Notes under the pieces: generated by a model | Seen by the model: only the letters and a program-made list of their open reading frames with translations | Databases searched by the model: none | Told to the model about the DNA's origin: nothing | Shown here: positions 1-12,605 of the stretch, piece after piece | Numbering within the stretch: the first letter of the stretch is position 1 | Layout of the letters: each line of letters opens with the position of its first letter | Program-made: the position numbers and the translations under genes | DNA from: Ascidiella aspersa | Lineage: Eukaryota | Length of the DNA stretch: 64,000 bases | Direction of reading: 5' to 3' | NCBI GenBank assembly: GCA_963924565.1 | Contig: OZ004613.1 | Span: forward strand, 6,572,001 to 6,636,000

Positions 1-226
1 GGACAAAATAATTTTGTGGGACGTTGTGGTGAACTAAAATAAAAAAAGTCGTTGAATTCCTGGTGATTTGATACTTTGTTATTTTTAATTAAATCCACAA
101 TTTACATAGAGTTAACATACATGTGAAATAGACAAGGCTGAAGTAAACCAGGCAGTGGTTCAGTTACCAAATCTTACACGCAATGCTGTTGCCAACACAA
201 CCTTCACTCCAACAACACACACTTAC

Positions 227-388
227 AGGTCGATCTATTGGTGAAATGGCGTCAATTAGAGGTTTTAGATCGGAACCAGCGAATTCGCAATACGTTAATT
301 CCAGCTGGTTGATGTTGTGTACACTTGTTGCCAGGCAACTCAAACCACGCGAATCCAGCTTGTTGCCACTTAAGTTCAGTTTCTCCAA
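227..388 (-). CDS. NLR1 LRR exon (162 nt, type C)
   Basis: LEKLNLSGNKLDSRGLSCLA...NQLELTYC, ribonuclease-inhibitor-like LRR; AG acceptor and GTAAGT donor; phase 0-0. Confidence 0.85.
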
Positions 389-3300
389 CTGTTACAATAA
401 AAGGCGGTTAATTGGTAGATTTGCCTACTTTATAAGACCACACAACTTCTGCAAATATCCGTCCAGTAACTCGAACTGCAAAACGATTGACAATCGCCTA
501 CAACGCAAATTATTAGGATGTATTTTTTCAATCATACCGGTAGAAGAAAAATGAAATTTCAGACACCTAATTTACGTACATTAAAGTTAAAGCAGCAATT
601 TATTCTTAGAATATAAGAGCGAGATCAGTATTTCGCTTTAACCAACTTATAGTGGTAAATATTCCTCCTAACTCTCGTATAAATAACTATCTGTCTGTTT
701 TGCTTTTTTACAAAGCAATTTAAAATGCCAAATTCAAAAACCCAAAACTTGTGCACAGCGTAATTGTACAAGGAAGATAAGTTTAAACCAGACCTGCACA
801 ACTTAAAATGGTGCGAGGCTCGCAACAGGCAAAAAAATGAACTTATCAGGCCGCACATGAAGTTGTACAGTAGGCCAGGTAACAACTACTAACGGTTGCG
901 TTGTTACTTTGAAATGTTATTGCATCAATTTTGGGCAAAAACATTGTACTGCAGTCTAAGTTGGATGCACTGAATGCACAAAACAAATATCTTCGCGACC
1001 GAGGCCTACCGGCTGAAAAAACAACTACCGTCAAATGTTATTTATTGAGAAGGTCTAAACAAATTCAGTTAGACTTGTAAGGATTTCCGTGCAAGCCATG
1101 CAAGTAAAAATTACCTGCGGTTAGATGCGAATTAATGACCTAGGCCATACCGGGACAGTCACTCTAGCAAATGAGCTATGCAAGAACAGCACGAAGCGAA
1201 AAAAACAACACTAAATGTCAATAACAAATTTCAGAAATATTGTTGACGCTAAAGTATGAGGGAACGTAGGCGCTTTTTCAAGAAACAATTGCGTTACCTA
1301 AATAAATATTGGCAAATAAAATATATATATATATTTTTTTTTTCGGGGTGCAATTACTTCAACAGGAAAAAAGATTGTCCATTCAGAAGAGTGTTTTCAG
1401 ATTAAATGTACCCAGGTGATGGCCATTTGGTCCATTAATTACATAGTAATGGTGAAATATAAAGTTTAATTTCCTGGAAAATAATCTTTTGTACACCAGA
1501 TAGTGATTCAGTTACTAAATCTTACACACAATGCAGTTACCTGGTTTATCCACGTTAATTTTATTCAAATAATCAACGATACCCTTTATTCCAACAACAC
1601 TAACTTACAGGTCGATCCATTCGTGATATGGCGTTAGTTAGGGGTTGTAGATCGGAACCAGCGATTTCACAATCTTCTAATTCCAGCTTGTTGATGTTGT
1701 GTACACTTGTTGCCAGGCAACTCAAACCACGTGAATCCATATTGTTGTTACTTAGGTCCAGTTTCTCCAACTGTGGCAATTAAAAACGGTTAATTGGTAA
1801 ATTTGCCTACTCCCTAAAGGTCGGCAACCTTTTTCTCGTCGCGGGCCAAACCAACCTTTTCCGCACAGAATGTTAACTAAGAATTGTATTATTAAAATAC
1901 TAGAATAACTGTGAATCAGGCGGGCCTCCGATGTTTTATTGCACTAAACTTGTTTAATTACATTTAAGGAGGCAGTAAAGTTTTGGCACAACGCGCGAAT
2001 AAAAGCGTTTGTTTGGTTTAAAATTCAGGTTCACATGTCGTCATTCAAACTTCTAATAAAAAGTTTAATAAAATTACTTTACAAGAAACGCGATAACTTT
2101 AACAGTTAATCTAGTTCAGTGTTTGTTACATTTGCCGAAAAGAAAAAAAATGGTATATAAAATATATGTGGAATTTGTTGAATAGGTTTCCGTTTGTTCG
2201 TGATGCACTTCGCAGCCTTTCACCGCGCAACGGTAAAGAAGCTCTGATCTATAGTTTAAAAGACAGAATCAAATGAAACAGACCGGACGTAGAAAAAACA
2301 TTCGCGCCAAGCGCAAAAAATTTTCTCACAGATGTAATTAAAATAGTCAAAAAATATTTATAATGGACTCGTGTCTAGTTTGTCAAAGAGGCGGCGGGCC
2401 GGATGATTTACATTGGGGGCCGGATCCGGCCGACCACTGCTCTAAACCCACACGACATCTACGCATATAGAACCACTAACTCGAACTGCATCAATTTAAT
2501 ATTCTTTGACTGTGCAAGGAACGACCATCGCCTATAATGCACATTATCAGGAGTGTTTCCTAAAATCACTGTAGAAAAAGAATGACATTTCAGACTGAAT
2601 AATTTAACGAAAATTAAGTTTGGAGCTGTGAACTACTTTAAAAATATAAGAGCTAAACTAATATTTCGCTTTAACCAACCTATAGTGTTAAATATTCCGT
2701 TTAACTCTCGCATGACTAACGATCTAGCTTTTTACTTTTTTACACAGCAACTCGTTTAAAATGCAAATCCACAAACTCAAAACTTGATGTGCTCAGCGTA
2801 ATTGCATAAGACAAATAACTTTAAATCGGATCTGCACAACTAAAAATGGCGCGAGGGCCGCAACAAGCAAACAAACAATTTCACAGGCTGCATAGTGAAG
2901 TTAAATGACTCTTTGTTTGGGATGACGTTACAAAGCTACGTCATAACATGACGTCATGAAACAATTAATCTTAAAATAAAAAATGCAGCTGGATTCCAGT
3001 CTAATCGCACGAAAGCACGAAAAAATGCGTGTATTTGGTTAAAATGGAAAAGTTTGTTTTTATCCACCTCAATGTTATTCCAATATTCATCACAACCTTT
3101 ATTCCAACATAACACACTTACAGGTCGATCCATTCGTGATATGGCGTCTGTTAGAGGTTGTAGATCGGAATCAGCAATTTTGCAATTCCATAATTCCAGC
3201 TGGTTGATGTTGTGCACACTTGTTGCCAGGCAACCCAAACCACGTGAATCCAGCTTGCTGTTATAGAGTTCCAACAATTCCATCTACAATGACAAGAAGT

Positions 3301-6300
3301 TTCAGTTGTTATGTATCTCCCCGCTATGAGCGTGTCTGCTAATCCAGGACCATGAGTGCCTGCAAAGGGGAGCATTTGCCCCTCAACATCCGTCGTAGCA
3401 TTTTACACCTGGTGCATTATGCGATAACAAGAAACTGTTGTGTCTTTGACGCAAAATTTATTTTCCCGGGTAGTATATTAATTGCGAGAAATTTGCATCA
3501 TATGCTTAACACTGAAGTACTTAAATAAGTCAACATTGATCGTTTAAGTTAATTTAGTCAGTAATTGCCTGAAAATAAGTCACTACCGAATGTTAGCAAT
3601 GATAACGCGTCTATCCTATGGTCTAGGTTAAAGCAAAAGTTGCTGTCGTAAATGAATGCACTCATTTGTCATTTCTACAAACGTTTGCACAAATAACTCG
3701 AAACGTGGTGTAAAATAGCCAAATAGTGACTACTGAGCGCGCAAAATATAAAGGGTTTCAATTCCCTCTTTGGCTCACATGTTTGAGTATTTAATTGTAG
3801 ACGTTTTTAAACATCTATCAATATGCACAAGGCTATAAGTCAGCACAGTTGGAATTATTAACGAAACAAAACCAGAGTAGATAATTTTTGCAAACAAGTG
3901 CCGACTTTATGCTTCTAAGACGCTTTTTAAGTTAACAAAAACGTCCAGCCATGTAACTTTTTACGAAAGTATGTAATTTGCGAGTGGCATGGAAGCGTGT
4001 ATTATATTTTCACTGATGTATTTGAAATACACCTATACAGACCTCGGTATATTTAATATAAACGGTCCGTATAAAATATTTCTTTTTTTTTCTTCTTCAA
4101 TTTATGCTGGTGCCGATGCATGTGCGGTTTATGCTAACTTATTTACTCATAACCACTAGCACAAACATACAGGATGATTTCTGCGTGAGATGGCGTCAGT
4201 TAGAGGTTGCAGATTTGACCCAGCAGTGTCGCATTCCCACAACTTCAACTTGCTGATGTTGTGTACACTTGTTGCCAGGCAACTTATCTCACTTGACTCC
4301 AAATTGTCCACAGAGAATTCTTCCATCTACACAAAATAGAGTTTGGTTTGTTAACGAAAGTTTTAAACTTACTGATAAAACATGTTTAAACAGCTAAATA
4401 CGGACAGAGGTAAAGTTGATGGTAACTGTGAAAGTGATAAAAAATTGTAGATTCTACTCGATAAATATTTGCGCGACCAATTGCTATAACGAAATCACAC
4501 CAAACGTACACGACACGTGATTCATCATTAATAAATTGGAGTTAACTCACCAAAAAATGTCATAAATCAGTTTAGTCATTTTTCAAAAAGTGATTTTTCA
4601 GATTTTTAACTATTTTTGAACAACAGCAAAATAATCTAGCAAAGCTAGGAATTCAGGTCAGACACATTAACCAGATCTTAAAATATATATATATATATTT
4701 CGCCAACTAAGGCATCGTCAGTATATCTTATTCAAGTAGAATCTTCTATACTGATCAGAAATTAAGGTCGACATTTATCTTCCAAAGGTCAAGGTGATTC
4801 CTATTATTCACATATTCAGTGCAACATTTTTAATAGAATATTATGACACGAAATTTGAAATCTGACTAAAAAGTCACAAATTGTCTGTTGAAAAATGTCG
4901 TTTGAATTCGATTAAATTGACAATTCGTAAATGTGTATGCATATTTCATTGGTTCGTAAACTCTCTTGATATAAATCATCACATTTGCTGAATGACGCAG
5001 AAACAAAGTTAAAAGTCAAAAGACGTACAAACTAGGCTAATTACTATGGCTACAATGACAAAACCATGTAAATTTCAATTTGTGTACGTAAGTTAACTTA
5101 CAGTTGTTTCTCTACGTGCGATTGCTTCAATAAGAACTTCGAAACCGGAAAGATCGCTCGTCTTTTCCAACCACAGGCGGTTTATCTTACGGACGCAGGT
5201 GGACAAGGTAGAGAGGTCACATGATCCAGTTGTTCCCACATGTACAAGTTCCATCTACAAAATAACAACAATATATGTTGGACTGTATGCTATCCCAAAT
5301 AGATGAGATGTTCTTAAACTTCTGCGCAGATCAGTTTCCTCGCCGCCATTGTTGGCTACCTTTAGTCAAAGACTTGTTTAAAAAAGTCTAAGCAAAGTCG
5401 CTGAAGAAAAAAATGTTTGGTCAATATAACGTTTTATTTCAAACTCTAATTAATTTAGTTGTTTGTAAAGATAAAATGCCATGTATTTATGCGCTTAAAA
5501 CAATTTTACTAACCTAGTTACTCAGCTTTAGAGTATACGCACATTGTTAAGGCGTGATTTGCGAATAGTTTTAAACACAAACTGTGGTTTATTAATAGAG
5601 TTAGCTCCACCAGGCAACATATCAATAGATAAAATTCGCTCTTTCGGTGTAAACGAAGTATAAACCTTCTCAGTATATATGATGGCTCATACACTCTGGT
5701 TTTAATTATTAACCCTGATGAGGTCAGCTGATATCTGCTGCCGAAACGTCGGTTTATACTTCGTTTACACCAGAAGAGCGAATTTTATCTATTGTGGTTT
5801 ATTGAACCTGACATTCGCTTGCTTAAACTGTATTTTATTAAATATTTGCTTTTTTATTTGTACGTTAATTATCCCCCCATTAAACACGAAACTCGCGTTA
5901 AAACTTTTTCAGTTAGTATCATCAATCAAATAATAATATCTAGATAATATGTTGAAAAAATTATCCACTTGCTAAAAGATCCAAATATTGGTGGAAAAGT
6001 TTAACGCTTTAGGGGAGACAGTCCACTACGTAGGAGTCGGGGAATTCGGAGTACAGCATTAAAGCTAAATAATCTCAACTAAAGTCGCGCTTTTGCTACG
6101 CAACAAAGTTGTACAAACCACGTTGGGTATTGTCCTAATTTTTGCCTAGTAAATCTCAGAGGCGAGCAATGACGGTCTGTGTTTTAGAGGGGGATAACAA
6201 CGCCATTTATACTTTTTTTTTGTCAAATGTTGTGTGGCGTTAAAACGGCGCGGGTTTTGTTTATTATTTCCCGCTGCTTTGTTGCATATAATTTGAAATA

Positions 6301-9300
6301 GTGTATAAAAAATAAAACGACAAGCAATCGTAAAACGTTAACAAACCTTGTGTTTTGTTTTCGCCATTGTCTCCATAAACATTTCTAAACCGTTGCCGGT
6401 AAATGTGAGTTGCCTGTAAGATTCCCCGATGCTGATGACCAACTCCCTTTGTGTTGCTCGAAGCACGTGACAGAGACTTGACACTTCACTGGGAAGAATC
6501 GTTCCACCCTTTAAACGAAGCTCTTCTGGGAGGGAATCGGCTACTTTTGCGGTGATTTCTTCATCGTTTGATTCCTGCGCCAAACTGCAAAGCTTAAACA
6601 AATCAGAGTCAAAGCTCTCGTCATCGTTTGATAAAAGTTGAGATCCAAGTGAATCAATCAGACCATTCAGCAAATCTTTCTTGCTGGCAACATCGGTTGA
6701 AGAGATTTTAAAAATAGGCTTTAGCTTACGGTGGAGTCCCGTGTTTAGCAACCCGAAAAGAAACCGAAGAACCATTTCCCACGTATTACTTTCCATGCTT
6801 TTCAGCAGCCCAGAAAATGTAGCCAGGTCAGTATCGAACAACAGCTTAAGTGATGTAAAAAATTCTTGCCAAAGAACATGAATGAAGAAGAATACATTTT
6901 CCCCTTCCAGTATACGAAGGTTGAGGTCGCTGGAGAAAACTTGCATGCTGAGAAAGTCCTCCATTCCTTCAGCATCAAGTCCGACTTCATCAAAGTCTTC
7001 TTCATCGAACGTGATCTTGTCGTTGAGCATTCCGTATAAAGCCAGGTCAGAAAGTTTGCGCAAAATCCTAGGGTGATCCCTAAACTTAGGAGAGCGAATA
7101 CAATCAGACACAAAAGCCGCAAACACATCTGCGAGCATAAAAGTGCCATCTTTAGTGCTATGCTTTATGATGTAAGGTGCGACGGTTTTCGCAAATATAG
7201 GAAGAAAGCACAAAGCCTTTGCGTGTGGGTTTTTACCAAGTGACTTGGTGACCTTCTCGTAATCTTCTTTCTCTGGGCAAACTTGTCGGAAATACAAATC
7301 TTGAGAGCTTTCGTTGAAACCGATTACCTTGACTACAAAGTGGGGCTTGCAATTAGGATGTAGCTTAAGAAAGGCTCCTGGTCGTGAAGTAAGGAGCTTG
7401 TGAGCATTAGCAAGAATGTCGCCACGGAGTAGGTTTTGTAGAATGACAACCGGCGTTGCGCGATCGTACAATCCGATCACTGGAGCATCCAAGTCCAGAT
7501 CTTTGAACCTAGGTTCGTCCAAACCATCCAGGAAGATAAACAGCTCGTTGGATTTGGAAAGCCTTTCCAGTATTTGATCATCTATTTCCTTTTTGTGTTT
7601 CCAGTTTGGGTCGGATGACAGGAATTCCAAAACCCCCATTTGTTTATTAAGATTTAAAGGCTTCAAGTATTTAAAAAGCCAATATCCCTTTTCCCCGGCA
7701 AATAATCCATCTACAAACTCCTTTAGTATTTGTAAGGTAGCTGTAGTTTTTCCAATTCCAGCTATTCCAGTCATGCCGACCACGTTGCCATGTCTCTCGA
7801 CGTAATCGTCATTTGCTGCTTTATTGCTATAGTTCTTTCTTTTAGCTTCATTGATTGCTTCTTCTTTTGCAGCAGTAAATAGTTGGTTGAGTTTAAGCGT
7901 GGTTGAGTTGACCTGGTTCTCTCTGAGTCGTTTCAACCCCTTTAAACCAAACTCCTCCAATGGTGCTTGCGAATCCCGAATGATGTCAAGAGGAACTGGG
8001 TTGCTTGGTAGAGTTCCGATGACCTTATTAGCTGCTTCCTGAGACTTTTCTTGCCATGATGCTGCTGAAAAAGTAAGAATTATTCTTTAAAGCTGAACGC
8101 CAACAAGGCAAAATAAATCGAATAAAATTGAAATGTTTTCCGCAATGTTAATGCACCCAATTTGTTCACCATTTTGTTTTATTATGTGAACCAGCACATA
8201 TGAATGTTTAACGTTCTTGTTATAAAAAATAGCAAACATTTTTTCTCTGCACCCTTAGCTTAACCCAGCCACCGAAGAGTGAGTAAATGCTTAACTTTAT
8301 TTTGCTTTAAAGCGAAACGCGAGCGAACGATAAGCTACAAATGCCTCCTGTAACCGTAGGAGCTGGGTTTGCACAATTTTATTCATAAACGTTTTTATTT
8401 ATTGCCAAACCATTCTTTGTGTTTTGGTTGTCTGAAAGTGATTTTGCTTTAAACAAAAGTTTCGCCGTTTATTTATTGTTACTGGTGATTACTTGTTATG
8501 TATCTCCCACTTAAAAACTCCTTAACAAGCAAAAAGCTGATAAACGAATTCACAGAAAATAGTAAAAGAGTGTTGTATTAATATTTTTAATTGGGATCAG
8601 CAATATCGGAAATCGTTCTAGCAAACGACATTACCATATTTGTAGTATCAATTTAGCGCCGTCGTATAACAATTTAAATAAAACGAAGACATGCCCCTTC
8701 CTTATGACCTACACAGGTTTATATTGTTTAAAATGGGGATACTATTGTATATTTAAAATGGGGGCTGATATTATATTGATTAAAATGGGGATACTTTTTA
8801 TTTTTTAACTTTTTGTTTTCTAAACAACGCAACCATTTCTGTACAGCTGCTACGGCGACTTAGGCGACTTAGGCGACTTAGGCGACTTAGGCAACTTAGG
8901 CGACTTAGGCGACTTAGGCGACTTAGGCGACATACGAGTCATAATTTTAGGCCCAACGACGGTTATATGATGCTTGTGTTTTATCAATTTGAATTCATGA
9001 TAAGTCGGTTCATTGCACGGAATGATGTAACTATTGTGGTGCAACCCACACTTGGTCATTCGTTTTACATCAAAGGTATCACCAACCGTTGACAAGTGAG
9101 GTCGCTGTTGAGTCGGAAGCCACTCCAGGTCCCGGTTGCTGGCCATATATATGAACGTCGCCATGGAGGTTTTGTATGGGACCTTGATGACCGTAAACAT
9201 CACCAATGTTTACAGGTAGGATATTGATTGGCTGGTTGTTTGCTGGCGGAAGCTGAGGTGAATTTTCATCCTGTATAAATACGTTCATGTGTAAATTTAA

Positions 9301-9881
9301 TTTAATTTCGACATATTCGGCTCATTTGACTATTTAAAATGTGTTTTACGTAAAACAGCTTTCAAAAAAATATCAAGTAAATAATGTGATTAAACAGAGA
9401 TATATAATGTGTAAAATTAACAGCCAATTTAATATGGTTTGAAGTGCAAATATTTCTCCATTATTTTTATTTAATAATGTTTGATTGAAAAATTGTTTCT
9501 TTATTTCTATATTACCATTCGCACTAAAATTAAGCCTTATGTTAAGAAATGTAAAAATCGTTGGTGGCTCTAACGGATGTTAAAGTATTTTAGCGTATAG
9601 TATCCACTACACAGCCTTGCAAATAAAATGTTTGAATTAAGTTAAATTTATCTGAACACAATTTTTCAAATTTTAAACTAAAAATTTTTTTTTTGACAAA
9701 ATTTTGACCTATTAGAAAACCATTGATTTGTTATGTTTTCGGGTTTATACAAAACAAAACCAAATGCTTATTTGATATTTATGAGATCGGTGACATGTAA
9801 CTAAAATTACAAATCAGCAAAGATTTATATTATTTTATTCCACCAAAAACTTACTTGATTTTGGTTTCGAGTATCGGCCAT
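227..9881 (-). CDS. NLR1: RHIM-like/NACHT/LRR receptor, multi-exon, 3' end runs off the window start
   Basis: Phase-compatible exons with AG/GT boundaries: 9881-9855 (MADTRNQNQ), 9270-9087 (RHIM-like), 8064-6347 (NACHT), then LRR exons 5254-5102, 4326-4171, 3283-3122, 1770-1609, 388-227. The same layout occurs in two paralogs. Confidence 0.85.
1609..1770 (-). CDS. NLR1 LRR exon (162 nt, type C; not in ORF track)
   Basis: LEKLDLSNNNMDSRGLSCLATSVHNINKLELEDC; CAG acceptor and GTAAGT donor. Confidence 0.85.
3122..3283 (-). CDS. NLR1 LRR exon (162 nt, type C)
   Basis: MELLELYNSKLDSRGLGCLA...; TAG acceptor and GTAAGT donor. Confidence 0.85.
4171..4326 (-). CDS. NLR1 LRR exon (156 nt, type B; not in ORF track)
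   Basis: MEEFSVDNLESSEISCLATSVHNISKLKLWEC; TAG acceptor and GTATGT donor. Confidence 0.8.
5102..5254 (-). CDS. NLR1 degenerate LRR exon (153 nt, type A; not in ORF track)
   Basis: MELVHVGTTGSCDLSTLSTCVRKINRLWLEKT...; homologous to 16556-16708, 17208-17360 and 56739-56891. Confidence 0.8.
5623..5794 (+). mobile_element. Short Penelope-like 3'-end remnant with 44-bp inverted arms
   Basis: 5623-5666 is the near-perfect reverse complement of 5751-5794; the arms enclose a hammerhead motif. Confidence 0.6.
5711..5754 (+). ncRNA. Minimal type I hammerhead ribozyme
   Basis: AACC-CTGATGA-GG(T)CAGC-loop-GCTGCC-GAAA-CG-TC-GGTT: full catalytic core, stem I AACC/GGTT, stem II, palindromic ACGT in place of stem III; predicted cleavage after GUC at 5750. 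Confidence 0.8.
6347..8064 (-). CDS. NLR1 NACHT exon
   Basis: Walker A GIAGIGKT, Walker B LFIFLDGLDE, sensor-1 LLTSRP, CFLP, winged-helix FIHVLWQEFF, LRFLFGLL. The ORF-track start at 7960 is an internal TTG; the exon starts at the CAG acceptor. Confidence 0.92.
8854..8931. repeat. 9-bp tandem repeat (GGCGACTTA) x ~8.5 in NLR1 intron 2
   Basis: Directly visible; one variant unit. Confidence 0.95.
9087..9270 (-). CDS. NLR1 exon 2, RHIM-like/His-Gly heptad motif
   Basis: PINILPVNIGDVYGHQGPIQNLHGDVHIYGQQ; phase 0 acceptor, phase 1 donor matching the NACHT exon. Confidence 0.8.
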
Positions 9882-11029
9882 GTTATTTTCCTTGTGCTTG
9901 ATTGGTTGATACAGTTTTTTACTAAATATAACTTCTGTAAAATGTAATTTTTTTTTTTTTTTTTTTTTTTTTTTAGTTAAATGACAGTATGGGTATATAC
10001 TGTGATATCTGTGATCTAGCCCTGTTGAAAGCACTGACCAACGATTGGCATACACATAATATTTTACCAGGTGCAGAGGTGCACAGGCTCGATGGGAACA
10101 AGTCGTGAGACGACAATTATAACAGCATTTGCCAGTCAAAACACCTGAGCTTACTACTGCTACACACCGTGGGTATTGTGCTGGCAGTTTGTAATTAACA
10201 ACTTTCACGCGATTTCAATTCCATACCGAATAATAGCGAGCGACGTAGAAACAGCAAATACTTTGCAATAAGGTTCGAAATAATGTAATTAACTGGAATT
10301 ATACAGGTAATTTTTACAAGCTTCTAAGTCCATTGCGAGTATTAGGCATTCCTTGATGAATTTTACAAAAATAAAACAACACAACAAATAGCGATGTTGT
10401 AGGAATGTAATATAAAAGCTAATCACAAATCGTTATCCAGTAAAAAAACGACGTTAACACAAAGCTGCTCAAACAAGGATTGGTTTATTTATTTATATCA
10501 GTAATTCTTAACCACCTTGTTTTAATTCATCTTTGGCTTGATCAAATCTAAGTAAACTTAAGTAAAATTGTTTCTATTAAAACCAGGTGGTTCGAAGTGA
10601 TAGAAAAACACAACAAATTGGTGTGTAGTAAAAAAAAGTTGAGATCCACCGGTTTAATGTTTTGGGAAAAGGTTGAGGTCTACTGATTTAAGTTTTCTAT
10701 TACGTTCCAGTTCTTCCCCATCGCGTTTACCTCCGTACAGAAATAAGGCGCATGCATTAAACCGCAGGCGACAGCCAAAGCTAAGCTTTTTGTTGAAGGC
10801 AGATTGCAAAGTATTTCTTTGTTCTAAAGGAAATGACGTATTTATTTAGTTTGGCCTTCAACGCCTTTTACTCATTTCCCGTCTGGAAATCACGCGAGCT
10901 ATAGTAAAGGTAAAAAAAAACCTCAGCTTCAAGTAAGTTACATAGAAATGCGTATTCTTATTGTTCTATAATTGTTTAGTTGCTTCAGTGGCACATATAA
11001 CTCGATTGGACTGATTTATTACTTGCATT

Positions 11030-11388
11030 TAGGAATGTCCGATAGTTGACATTTTATACTGATACCCCGATATATTGTATAAAATTACCGCGATCCGATC
11101 CGATACCAAATGACGTCATTACTTTGTCCAGAACAAGCATATATAAAACATAAGATAAATTTTCCAGGTTATTAGGTTAAATTTGCTTCGTGCGTTAAAA
11201 AGTTTAGTTTTTTAAATTCACCTTACAAGGCAGAAAGGCTGCGTTAAATCACAAGTCTTGGCTGAAATTCCCATATTAATGTGGTTTAAGGATCGGCACC
11301 GATTCAACCTTAGTATCGGACGAGTATCAACGATACCACTATTTGCTATCGTGTATCGGCTTTGATCCGATATTATCGGACATCCCTA
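11030..11388. mobile_element. MITE with TAGG(G/A)ATGTCCGATA termini (hAT/Ac-like ends)
   Basis: Inverted termini; internal CCGATAC/GTATCGG motifs; flanked by direct repeat TACTTGCATT; related copy at ~60370-60750. Confidence 0.7.
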
Positions 11389-12179
11389 TACTTGCATTGT
11401 ACAGCGTTCGCAACAGATGATTTACCTCAACATGACAACAATTTTCATAAAATTCGCGCTAAACTTGACACTAGTAATGAAATAGGTGTTGGTTGAGATG
11501 CAGGTAATTTCTCACTTGTACGTTAAGAAGGTAACTCACATTAAATCTGAAATACTAAAGCGCTAGGCAAACACGCACAACCAACTAAGTTGATTCACTT
11601 TAAATCGACATACTGAAGCTGCGCAAACACGCATAATCACCTAACTTTTAATAAGAACAGGTTAATGGATTTGTAATCATTATTTAATGAGTGTTGATGA
11701 CACTAACGGTAATGAGACTGATTAAACTGAAGGATGTGTCCAGGGGCGAAATCAGGGGGGAGGGACACGATATTATGACCCCAACCATATATTTGCCTCT
11801 GTTAACCGCTACTAAGCGAAATAAATGGGGGATTGTTAAACCAGGGGCGTCCAACACACGGCCAGCGGAATATCTATATTGCCCGTTCAACTTAGTCAAG
11901 TAGTCCGTTTACCCTTTATATCTTAGGATGTTGTCGCTTTTAACTCGATCGTGATTATTTCTGACTTCGTTTTACGTCACAATGCAGTTAAATTTGGTCT
12001 CATGAAGCTATATTTAAAACTGTTGCGTCATGCATTATGTCTTTGTTTATTATGAAATGCGACGCGCGAGGTGAATTACGCGCAAGACGCGATGCTTTGT
12101 TATTTGTTATAATAATTATTACAACGAAAATGACGTATTTCGGACAGCAGCTTTGAAACCCAAAGATTTTCAGCATTCT

Positions 12180-12605
12180 ACATTATTGTCGCCTGCTTTG
12201 ACCCCTATGCTGAACCAGGTGTTGACCCCTGTGTTGACCCGTGCTTTGTCGCCTGTGTTGACCACTATGTTGAAACACGTGTTGATCCCTGCGTTGACCC
12301 GTGTGTTGTCCCGTGCTTTGACTTCAGTGTTTACCTCATGTTGATCCCGACCCTTAAGTTGAGCTTTGCTTTTACCATTGTGGTGTTTTATCGGACTTTG
12401 ACCTCCTAATATTCGAGGCACTGTTTGTTGACCTTTGTGGTGTCCCAAGATATGACATTGAACTCATAGCATTCGTCGCACTGTGTGTTGACCTTTGTGG
12501 TGTCCCAAGATATGACATTGAACTCATAGCATTCGTCGCACTGTGTGTTGACCTTTGTGGTGTCCCAAGATATGACATTGAACTCATAGCATTCGTCGCA
12601 CTGTG
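12180..12605. repeat. 60-bp tandem repeat x ~3 (12417-12605) next to a degenerate 12-bp (GTGTTGACCCCT-like) array
   Basis: Lines 12421, 12481 and 12541 are near identical; 12-bp periodicity at 12190-12345. Confidence 0.9.

Noticed and set aside
6681-8042. Plus-strand ORFs recurring opposite each NACHT and LRR exon
   Set aside because: Antisense shadows of conserved minus-strand coding sequence.
6347-8064. Prokaryotic NACHT/Avs anti-phage system
   Set aside because: Spliceosomal exon-intron structure and an animal NLR-type winged-helix/HD2 region.
8850-9206. ORF with SPK repeats as a histone H1/protamine-like protein
   Set aside because: It is an alternative frame of the RHIM-like exon running into an intronic 9-bp repeat, and is not conserved in the paralogs.
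9825-10208. 127-aa ORF with a poly-Lys run
   Set aside because: Arises from a poly-T tract; only the MADTRNQNQ part is the conserved first exon.
12417-12605. 60-bp repeats as a CRISPR array
   Set aside because: Head-to-tail units with no unique spacers, no cas genes, eukaryotic context.
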